Of a stretch of 64,000 nucleotides of DNA, positions 35,571-44,524 are shown in pieces. A program made the position numbers and the translations under genes. This DNA comes from Vairimorpha necatrix (Eukaryota). The notes under the pieces are model-generated. The model did not search any database. It saw only the letters and a program-made list of their open reading frames with translations, and was not told where the DNA came from. Where the stretch lies: positions 434,001-498,000 of the forward strand of contig CP142732.1 in the NCBI GenBank assembly GCA_036630325.1, written 5' to 3'. Each line of letters opens with the position of its first letter. The first letter of the stretch is position 1.

Positions 35571-35929
35571 TTTCGATGCGTAAATAAATTTATTATTGGC
35601 CATAAAACCAATATATATCGTCTCAGGCCTATATTTCATTTTTATAGGTTAATAGCGAATAAATTAATATTAAAGCTTTAAAATCCAATAAATAATCTTT
35701 AAGTCTATTTTTACTTTTATAGAACAAATAAATTTGTTTTATATGAAAAAATGTGAAATATCAAATTATTTTAGTGAATAACGTGTTTCAATAAAACGTC
35801 ATCGTATCATGGCTTACTAATTTGTAAAAACATCTAATTATCAATAAATCTCACTTCTAATTTTACATGTTTAAGATTCTGAAACATTGGCCAATTTTTC
35901 TTTAAAAATTTGTTTATCCACAAAAAAAC

Positions 35930-37621
35930 ATGAGAAATTTTTACGACTTCCCATTTTACAATAACACACACAATTTAGATGATCACAGTCCATTTGACAA
36001 ATATGAAAACATTGATACATACATTTCTGAGCACCAAGATGAAAATTATTTTATACTTATAAAAAAATATCAACATAAATATTGTTTTAATCCAAGACTT
36101 ATATTACAAAAAGACATAAACAATTCTCCTCATATTCTTCATACCACAAATTTAGAAACTAAATTTGGTATTTTGGCTTACCAAGAGTTCAATGATTTTG
36201 CGCCTTTAAATTTTATTATCGAACAAGATCGTAGTTATAAAAGTTATATTTATGAAATTATGATTAGTTTGATACAAATCAATAATGACACAGATTTCTT
36301 TTATGAATTTGCTGATTTATTAGAAATAGAGACATTGTGGATCAATAAAAATTATAAAATTAAAATGTGCTGGGTTACCTTTTTAATATTAAATGAAGGG
36401 TATTTTGATAATACGATATTTAGAAGAAATACAAATGAATTAGAAGGAATTTATGAGCTTATAAAGTTTAATAAAAGAAGAATACAAAAAAGAATGAACA
36501 ATAACCAAGAAGAAAAAGCAAATAAATATAAAGACAATAATTTTAAAGGAACACAAGAGGGGGAAATTCAAGATAAAAAATATGAGGAAAATGAAGAGAC
36601 AGAAGACAATAAAAAAATAAAACAAGAACAAGAAAAGGCAGAACGAGAAGAAAGAGAAAAAGACGAAAGAAATAGAAGATTTTTAGATTATTTAATAGAA
36701 AGAAGCAGAAAAATAAATGCAAAAAAAGAAAAATTAGAAAAAATGAGAAACAATAAAGAAACGATTTCAAAAACACCACCTTTAAAAAGAGGCAAATTGA
36801 GGACATTCAGCTCTGCGAAAACTTTTGGCACAAAAAAATTATGCACCGAAAAAATTAATAAAGAAAAAACTCAAAAAATAAAAAAAGAAAAAACTCAGAA
36901 TAAGTTAAAACTCATTCTTGTAAAACTACTTTTTAATAAAGAAAAAGTCAACCAGAAGAATCTTGACATTTACATTTCTAAATTACAAAATATTTATGAT
37001 ACAAAATCTAATGAATTTTTTACATTGACTGATAAATTAATTTCTGTGTTAGAATTTATACTAGAAATAAAAATGCCCATATTTAATGAAATGGCAAAAA
37101 ATGAAACTAACGAATTTATAGAAAAATTTGTACAAAACATAAAAATCAAATTTAAAGCATCAGAACAACGCATAAATGAAAATAAAACTATGAATAAAAT
37201 GGAAGAAATTTTTAGAAAAGAAATGGAAAGATGTGAAGCACTTGAAGAAGCTACTAGAATAGAACGACTTAAAGAAGCAGAACAAAATAGAATACTGGAA
37301 GAAACTAAAGAAGTCGAAAAAGTAGAAAATACATTTGAAAAGAAAGGATTCGACATGACAAGTTATAAAACTAAAAGTTACAAAAAGGGACGATTTTTAG
37401 TTTACCAGGCTGTTCCATTTATAAAAGACAAGGAAACAAACGAAGGAATAAATTTTAATAAAATTTACCGGATTATAGAAATACAAAATAAACAGATAGA
37501 AATGATGTATAAAACATTGAAAGATAATAATAAAATTGAAGAATTAATAGATGCACAACTTGAATCACTTTCAATAAAAGCGAATGACATGTTGACAGAT
37601 TTAGAGAAAAGAAAAGAATAA
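35930..37621 (+). CDS. Hypothetical protein: degenerate kinase-like N-terminus, coiled coils, KKGRFLV motif
   Basis: 563-aa ORF; kinase subdomain spacing is recognisable but there is no HRD or DFG; charged coiled coils. Confidence 0.65.
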   Translation: MRNFYDFPFYNNTHNLDDHSPFDKYENIDTYISEHQDENYFILIKKYQHKYCFNPRLILQKDINNSPHILHTTNLETKFGILAYQEFNDFAPLNFIIEQDRSYKSYIYEIMISLIQINNDTDFFYEFADLLEIETLWINKNYKIKMCWVTFLILNEGYFDNTIFRRNTNELEGIYELIKFNKRRIQKRMNNNQEEKANKYKDNNFKGTQEGEIQDKKYEENEETEDNKKIKQEQEKAEREEREKDERNRRFLDYLIERSRKINAKKEKLEKMRNNKETISKTPPLKRGKLRTFSSAKTFGTKKLCTEKINKEKTQKIKKEKTQNKLKLILVKLLFNKEKVNQKNLDIYISKLQNIYDTKSNEFFTLTDKLISVLEFILEIKMPIFNEMAKNETNEFIEKFVQNIKIKFKASEQRINENKTMNKMEEIFRKEMERCEALEEATRIERLKEAEQNRILEETKEVEKVENTFEKKGFDMTSYKTKSYKKGRFLVYQAVPFIKDKETNEGINFNKIYRIIEIQNKQIEMMYKTLKDNNKIEELIDAQLESLSIKANDMLTDLEKRKE

Positions 37622-37850
37622 AAAACAAAATATTTATAAAATAAAAGCATATGCATCTACTTCTTTTAAGTACAAACACAAATTTATTTTTTTAATCATA
37701 TTATTAAATTTTTGTTTTTTTATTTAGTTTTTCTCTTTTTGGGGGAGTTTGTTTGTTAACCAACAAACTCACTGAAAAAACTATAAAAAGATTTCTTTTG
37801 CATGATCAGCATAAAATAAAAAATCCGAATTTTTTATCTACCCTAAAAAC

Positions 37851-40046
37851 ATGAAATTACAAGAACAAACACTCAAAAAAATAAGAAGTGTAAGAATAAA
37901 AGCCATAGAATGTCATTCTATAAAACCACTTGCAATCTTAGGACTTTACAATGGATACCTCCAAACTTGGAATACATCGACATTACTTTTGATTAATGAA
38001 GTACATGTTTCAGATTTCCCAATAAGAACTTTGGCACTAGTTGAAAAAAATAATTGTGTTTTAATTGGATCTGATGATGGTCGAATTTATGTTTATGAAT
38101 TGAATAATTTACAAAGGATTAGTTCGTTTGATGCTCATGCGGATTTTATAAGAAAAATTATAGTGAATCCTCAGAATACAGAGTTTTTAACTTGTAGTGA
38201 TGACACTACTATAAAATTATGGGAGATAGGGTCTATTATGAAATGTGTTTCTGTATTTACTGGTCATACACATTTTGTAATGGATCTTGTTTATTATCCT
38301 AAGGATAACAAACAATTTCTGTCTTGTTCTTTAGATGGGACTATCAAATTATGGAATAAAGAGTCGAAATCTTGTATTAAAACCTACAAAGGGCATAAAA
38401 GTGGAATTAATACATTGAGTTTCTGTAAAGATGATTTGTATTTTGTAAGTGGATCAGATGATTTTTCTTTAAAGATCTGGGATATTAATAATGGAAATTG
38501 TATCAGTACCCTTAAAGGACACACTAATAATATTATAAATGTGTATTCTATGAATACATTTCCCTATCTTGTCTCCTGTTCCGAGGATGGAACTTATAGA
38601 TTGTGGGATACAAATACTTTTGAGAATACAGAAATTATAAATTTGAATAGTGGACGAATTTGGCAATATAAAGAACATAAGAATATTATTTTAATAGGGA
38701 CAGACGAAGAATTAATTTTTAAAAAGATTAAAACGGGGAAATCTTTGTATGATTTGAAGAATAATAAGTTATATTTTACATCTCAGAATTCTGTCTTCAG
38801 TTGTAAAGTTGATGATATTTACAATATTAAGAAATTGGCAGAGTTAGATTTTTATCCCTCAGAATTATGTGCCTCTGAAAATGCGAAATTTATCTCAGTG
38901 TGCGATGATAAAAATTTTTCGATTTTTTCTTCTTTAGGTTTTAGAAAGAAGATGTCTGGACATGGAAATAATTTGCATTTTTTTGATAATGAAGAGTTTT
39001 TAATATTAAGAGATGAGTACATTGAGATTTATGAGAAGAATGAGATGATTAGATCTATTAAGATTTATGATATTGAGAAGATTTTATTAGCCCAGAAGTA
39101 TATTTATGTACAGAGAAATGATTCTTTAGATGTTTACACATTTGAAGGTATTCGGATTTTTACCTGGAATTTTAAGGCTTTTAAAGCACATGTAAATTCC
39201 AATATTTTAATATTAGAATTAAATAACAAGATCCAGATTTATAAAATTAATGATGACATCATTTCTGCATATTTAGAACAAGATATTGAGATTGATGAAG
39301 TTGGAATTCCCGATTCCTTTATTTTTTTAGGGGAGTTTAATGTTAAGATTGATTCTTCTTGTTGGCTTACTACAGATAATCATGACACAATGTTTATGTT
39401 TAATTTCGAGAGTAAAGGGTACTATATTTTCCTTAGAGATGATCCTTATTTATATAATTTTGGACCAGTAAATGGGCTTATGTGTGGATTTATTAATGAT
39501 AAGGTTCTATTATTAAATAATTCTCAGACTACTAGTAGTCTGAGTTTTCTAGATTTAGATTTAGAGTTTATTAATTTCCAGAGTCGCATTTTCAATAATG
39601 AGAAATGTGACTGTAAGGAGTCATTCAGAATTAAGGCCATTTCTTTCCTTGAGTCTTTAGGGAAGAATAACGAGGCCCTTGAGATTTGTGCGAATGATAA
39701 TCAGAGATTTGAGATATTAATTAAGCTTGGCCTCCTTGAGGAGGCGTCTGCTTTAGCAGTGTCTCCTCCCATGTTTGACAGACTTGGTCATGAGTTCTGT
39801 AAGAGAAGTGATCTTGTCAATGCGACAGAGTGTTTATATAAATCTGGTAATTGGAGGTCTTTATTATTTGTTGATTTATTGTGTAATAAGAAGTATTTGA
39901 AAGAGATAGCAGAGAATTCCCTTGAGAATGGGGAGGATAATGTGGCCTTTATAGCCTTTTTGAAGAATAAAAATTATGAGAAATGTGGGGAGATTTTAAG
40001 AGAGAGTAAGTTTTATAATTTCTTTAAGGAAACATATCTTCAATAA
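37851..40046 (+). CDS. SEC27: Coatomer subunit beta' (COPB2)
   Basis: WD40 repeats with AHADFIRKI, LTCSDDTTIKLW, FTGHTHFVM, PKDNKQFLSCSLDGTIKLW; C-terminal alpha-solenoid (QRFEILIKLG). Confidence 0.95.
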   Translation: MKLQEQTLKKIRSVRIKAIECHSIKPLAILGLYNGYLQTWNTSTLLLINEVHVSDFPIRTLALVEKNNCVLIGSDDGRIYVYELNNLQRISSFDAHADFIRKIIVNPQNTEFLTCSDDTTIKLWEIGSIMKCVSVFTGHTHFVMDLVYYPKDNKQFLSCSLDGTIKLWNKESKSCIKTYKGHKSGINTLSFCKDDLYFVSGSDDFSLKIWDINNGNCISTLKGHTNNIINVYSMNTFPYLVSCSEDGTYRLWDTNTFENTEIINLNSGRIWQYKEHKNIILIGTDEELIFKKIKTGKSLYDLKNNKLYFTSQNSVFSCKVDDIYNIKKLAELDFYPSELCASENAKFISVCDDKNFSIFSSLGFRKKMSGHGNNLHFFDNEEFLILRDEYIEIYEKNEMIRSIKIYDIEKILLAQKYIYVQRNDSLDVYTFEGIRIFTWNFKAFKAHVNSNILILELNNKIQIYKINDDIISAYLEQDIEIDEVGIPDSFIFLGEFNVKIDSSCWLTTDNHDTMFMFNFESKGYYIFLRDDPYLYNFGPVNGLMCGFINDKVLLLNNSQTTSSLSFLDLDLEFINFQSRIFNNEKCDCKESFRIKAISFLESLGKNNEALEICANDNQRFEILIKLGLLEEASALAVSPPMFDRLGHEFCKRSDLVNATECLYKSGNWRSLLFVDLLCNKKYLKEIAENSLENGEDNVAFIAFLKNKNYEKCGEILRESKFYNFFKETYLQ

Positions 40047-40215
40047 AATCAAGTATGAAGATTTTTAAAACATGTCTTTACATTCTTTTATATAATTTTA
40101 TTTTATATAGATCCTTTTAGCTTAATAGGTCTTTATATAACATCAATATCTTAAACATTCTTTATATGTATAATTATACATTACAATATTATTTTATTCT
40201 TTTCTTTATCCTTAT

Positions 40216-41487
40216 ATGAAAATGTCCAATCTCTCAGAATTATTCCCTATAGAAGTCTCCACTCACAATCTCTATTTCCACGAAGAAGCTTCAATCTTCT
40301 CTCTTGATTCCTTTGACGACTCCGTCGCCACTGGTGGCGGAGACGGAGTCGTCAGACTCTGGAAACTCCAACTTGACGAGATGACCCACCTTGACTACAA
40401 ATACACTACTGCTCTAAACTCTTCTATAAAATTCATATACAAATCTGACATTATAGTACACAATAAAGCAGTGAACTGTGTAAGATTTAATAAACAAGGC
40501 ATATTGGCGTCATCTTCTGACTCTGGTAAAGTGATAATTAATTACAATAAAACTAAAGTACTAAGAGACAGTGACGGACTAGATTGTTATGAAATAATGT
40601 GGATTGATGATAAATTACTAGTGGGACTTAGTAATGGGAAGATAGAAGAGTACTATGTCGACAGAGAAGATGTAGAAAGAAGCAAGATGGTAAAGACTTA
40701 TAGTGTACACGGGGATATAATCCAAGGAATGAGTTATAATGAGAAATATAAACTTATAATGACATTTAGTAAAGACAGGACTAGTAAAATATTGGACTAC
40801 GAACTAAAAGAAGAGAAAAAGGCAAAAGCGCCAACAAAAGACACTGTAGGTGAAACTACACAAAAGACATCTAAAAAAATGGACACTGTAGGCGCAACTA
40901 CCCAGAGCACAGAGCGAAAGGCATGTGCAAAAAAACAACTTACTAAATCTAAAAAAACTGACACGAAAAATGTCTCAGGACAGAGCGCGTCAAAAGAAGT
41001 TTCCAAATCTATCGACACGAACGAGGACGCCGCGCAGACTAAAACACCCAAAAATGTCGAATCTGCAAATGTCACCTCATTGAAAAATACAAAATTAAAA
41101 CCAAAGAAACTTGACATTTTAGAGACATTCTCTCTAAATTCTTCTGGTAGATCTTTTTTCAGAAGAGGCTCTTTTAGTACCTCAGGCCTCATGGCTTACA
41201 TCCCAAATTCCAAACACAACTCCCTTTCTGTCTTAAATTTCCCATTTACAGAATCTTACTGGGCTTACCAAATGGGCCCTTTCAACTCTGAAGTCATCAG
41301 AGTACTCGATAATGAGAAATATCTCTTTATACTTTGTAAAACGAGTCTTTATATTTATAAAGACTTCGTCTTACTGTCTTGTATAGAAAATATAACTTTT
41401 AAGAGTGTGACTGATGCGACACTAATAGGAAATGTCTTGTTAATAACGGCACTTGATGGATTTATAGCATCTTTTAGATATAACTAA
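40216..41487 (+). CDS. CAC2: Chromatin assembly factor 1 subunit B (Cac2/CHAF1B) WD40 protein
   Basis: ATGGGDGVVRLW, HNKAVNCVRF, HGDIIQGMSY, SKDRT, SFFRRGSFS, ALDGF. Confidence 0.8.
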   Translation: MKMSNLSELFPIEVSTHNLYFHEEASIFSLDSFDDSVATGGGDGVVRLWKLQLDEMTHLDYKYTTALNSSIKFIYKSDIIVHNKAVNCVRFNKQGILASSSDSGKVIINYNKTKVLRDSDGLDCYEIMWIDDKLLVGLSNGKIEEYYVDREDVERSKMVKTYSVHGDIIQGMSYNEKYKLIMTFSKDRTSKILDYELKEEKKAKAPTKDTVGETTQKTSKKMDTVGATTQSTERKACAKKQLTKSKKTDTKNVSGQSASKEVSKSIDTNEDAAQTKTPKNVESANVTSLKNTKLKPKKLDILETFSLNSSGRSFFRRGSFSTSGLMAYIPNSKHNSLSVLNFPFTESYWAYQMGPFNSEVIRVLDNEKYLFILCKTSLYIYKDFVLLSCIENITFKSVTDATLIGNVLLITALDGFIASFRYN

Positions 41488-41759
41488 ATAAATTAAATTT
41501 ATAACAAAAAAAAGTTCTGGTATTATATTTATTTAGGCTAGCAACTTTTAAACTTTATTTGTTAATATTATTGGGTCTTGTAAAATTTTTTCAATATTAA
41601 AAATAAACAATACTTTATTTTTTAATATTAAAAAAAATTATAGTTGGTTTTCACTATTATAAAAAATTTAAGTTAGTTTTATTATAATAAATAAATTTAG
41701 TTTATTTTCACTATAATAGATTTTACAAATTTTAAAATTTTTTTGTTCCCCTTTTTGGT

Positions 41760-42848
41760 ATGGGAATACAAGACAAAATTAACGAAATAGAAGCCGAAAT
41801 GGCAAGAACTCAAAAAAATAAAAAAACTGAATACCACATAGGAACTCTTAAAGCAAGACTAGCAAGATACAAACACGAACTTGATAACCCCAAAACCACT
41901 AATATAAAATCTGACGGATGGGAAGTCGCAAAATCGGGAGATGCCCGTATTGCTCTAATAGGCTTTCCAAGTGTGGGAAAATCAACTCTTTTATCAAAAA
42001 TAACAAATACTGAAAGTAAAGCAGCAGAGGACGAATTTACTACTCTAGACTGTATAGCGGGGAAACTTGAATACAACGGATCAACTATACAAATACTAGA
42101 TCTGCCTGGTATTATAAGCGGCGCATCATCAAACTTAGGTAGAGGCAAACAAGTCATAAGTATTTGTAGAACAGCAGATCTAATACTTATAGTATTAGAT
42201 CCACGAAGAAAACATGATAAAAAAGTCTTAATACGAGAACTTTTTAATATGGGAATCAGGCTTAATAAAAAACGCCCTGACGTCAGTATTAATTTAACTA
42301 CTAATGGTGGCATATGTATAAACAAACAATGCGACTTAACACAGACATCAGAAGAAGCCATAACAGCAATACTCAAAGAATACAAAATTAATCACTGTAA
42401 CATATTAATAAAAGAAGATGTCAGTACTGACGATATAGTAGATTTATTAAGTAAAAACGTGTCATATATAAAATGTCTCTTTTGTTACAACAAAACTGAC
42501 GAGTTATCGTACGAAGACTTTAAGAACTTGAGTTTAGAAGAAAATACGATACTAATTAGTTGTAAAAATGATTGGAATATAAATGAACTTAAAGAATATG
42601 TTTGGGAGAAATTGAACTTGACGAGGATTTATACTAAAAAGAAAGGAGAGATGCCGGATTTTAATAGGCCGATAGTGTTGAGAGATAATTTGAGTGTATT
42701 TGATTTATGTGGGAATATTCATAAAGATTTTTATAGTGATTTTAAGTATGCGCTTGTATGGGGACGAAGTGCGAAACATAGTCCGCAGAAAGTAGGCCTT
42801 AATCATGTACTTGAAGATGAAGATGTTATACAAATATGTTTAAAATAA
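41760..42848 (+). CDS. RBG2: Developmentally regulated GTP-binding protein, DRG2/Rbg2 type
   Basis: MGIQDKINEIEAEMARTQKNKKTEYH, GFPSVGKS, DLPGII, NKTD, TGS domain ending HVLEDEDVIQI. Confidence 0.9.
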   Translation: MGIQDKINEIEAEMARTQKNKKTEYHIGTLKARLARYKHELDNPKTTNIKSDGWEVAKSGDARIALIGFPSVGKSTLLSKITNTESKAAEDEFTTLDCIAGKLEYNGSTIQILDLPGIISGASSNLGRGKQVISICRTADLILIVLDPRRKHDKKVLIRELFNMGIRLNKKRPDVSINLTTNGGICINKQCDLTQTSEEAITAILKEYKINHCNILIKEDVSTDDIVDLLSKNVSYIKCLFCYNKTDELSYEDFKNLSLEENTILISCKNDWNINELKEYVWEKLNLTRIYTKKKGEMPDFNRPIVLRDNLSVFDLCGNIHKDFYSDFKYALVWGRSAKHSPQKVGLNHVLEDEDVIQICLK

Positions 42849-43204
42849 AACTGATGAAAATTTTTAGATATTTTAAAATTATATGTATTTTAAAAATTTT
42901 AGAGGGTAAAATATACCATAACCTTTAAATAAAAAATAATTAAACTATTAATAGTATGAATATAAACATATTCATACTATATTTAAAACATATCTTCAAA
43001 ATTTTTACAACAATTTAAAACATATCTATAAAAATTTTATATTTCAATAACAAATCTATTTAATAAAATTTTTACATCAATTTAAAACATATCTATATTA
43101 TCTTAGACTGTAATAAAGGATCAAATAAAATTTTAAACCCAAATTTAAAAAATTCTATAACATAAAAACAATTTAAACAATTTAAAAAATTTTTATTTTA
43201 TTAT

Positions 43205-44155
43205 TCATAAGGCAAATCCTGGGTCAACTGGGCTTAATCCATCATACCCAAGTAAAGACAAAGCAGCAAGCGAAAACATCAAATGATAAGGATCTGGTTC
43301 ATTCCCAGGCCTATCAGATATCCCACCTTTAATCCCCTGACACCTAAGTATAAACTCTTTAAGCTTTTCTTCATCAATCAAATGATTCTTTTTTATCATT
43401 TTTAATGACGCGTAAGCCCAAAACGAATAACAAACATCTTCTTTCTTATTAATTCGTCCACTTAATCCACCATTTTCTACTTGTCTTAAACATATAAACC
43501 TACTTATATCTCTACTATTAACATACTCAATACCACCTAAAGACCTAAGAACTGACAAACAACAAAATGTAAACGCACAATGTGTTTCGTCACCAATTGC
43601 CAGTCCAAACCCGCCGTCTTTATTGTAACAAGACATTATATATCTAACACAAGATTTATAATCAAACTTTATATTTTCACAAAAATCTACTGGTATTGGT
43701 TTTGATAACGACGAAATATCAAAAACTCTGTTTTTATTTAAATACAAGAGATGTAGTGAAAGTACTGCGCTACAATTAATTCTATTGTCAGTCATACCAA
43801 ATTCGTCATTATTAAATGACCCATTTTTGTTAAAATTTTTTAGTATGAAATTTACAGTTTTAATATCAAAAAAATCTTGTTTAGAAATGTATAAGATTTG
43901 TAAAGCATTAAAAGTTGATAAAATTGTAGAAGGGAAGTTTGTAGAGCCGCCGTATCCGCCGTCTTGGTTTTTACAATTTTTTGTAAAAAATAAAAAATTT
44001 GAAAAATCTTTTTTAGAGTTCATTATTTTGTAGGAATTTATTGTCCAATAGATTGTGTTTAATCTTGAGGGTTCTGATAAATAAAAATCGAGAATTTTGT
44101 CTTGAGAAATTTTTTCTAAAAAATTTTTATGATCTTCAATATTCAAAATTGTCAT
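43205..44155 (-). CDS. BET2: Rab geranylgeranyltransferase (GGTase II) beta subunit
   Basis: Prenyltransferase repeats DGGYGG and DGGFG...ETH, GLSGRINKKEDVCYSFW, GGISDRPGNEPDPYH. Confidence 0.9.
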   Translation of the reverse strand: MTILNIEDHKNFLEKISQDKILDFYLSEPSRLNTIYWTINSYKIMNSKKDFSNFLFFTKNCKNQDGGYGGSTNFPSTILSTFNALQILYISKQDFFDIKTVNFILKNFNKNGSFNNDEFGMTDNRINCSAVLSLHLLYLNKNRVFDISSLSKPIPVDFCENIKFDYKSCVRYIMSCYNKDGGFGLAIGDETHCAFTFCCLSVLRSLGGIEYVNSRDISRFICLRQVENGGLSGRINKKEDVCYSFWAYASLKMIKKNHLIDEEKLKEFILRCQGIKGGISDRPGNEPDPYHLMFSLAALSLLGYDGLSPVDPGFAL

Positions 44156-44524
44156 GGGGATAAAAAAAAGAAAGGAATTTATAGAGACACTGTGTATATC
44201 TTTAAATAATCATACGAAATTTATAGTATATTTGTAAATCCAAATTAATATTATATTCTTATAGACCAAGATTGCTTATATTTATGATTAGTAAGAATCA
44301 AAATATTTTAAACTAATATAGCGAAATATAAAAAAAAGATGCATTACTTCCCAATAGGTACTCTTTTTTTGCGAATTCATTATTAAAAATCATTTACAGG
44401 CGAATTTTAAGTAAATTACATTTTAAAATAGTTCTTGATATGCTTTTTTTTAAAATTAGTGCAAAATAAAGCCATATTAATATTTTTTAAAGCAAAATTA
44501 ATTTTTTTTAAATTTTTATAATTT

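Noticed and set aside
37745..37770. 9-bp inverted repeat upstream of SEC27
   Set aside because: Single short instance with no independent evidence of function.
42951..42980. 13-bp hairpin between convergent DRG2 and BET2 as a terminator
   Set aside because: Eukaryotic locus and an AT-rich stem; no support for a Rho-independent-type function.
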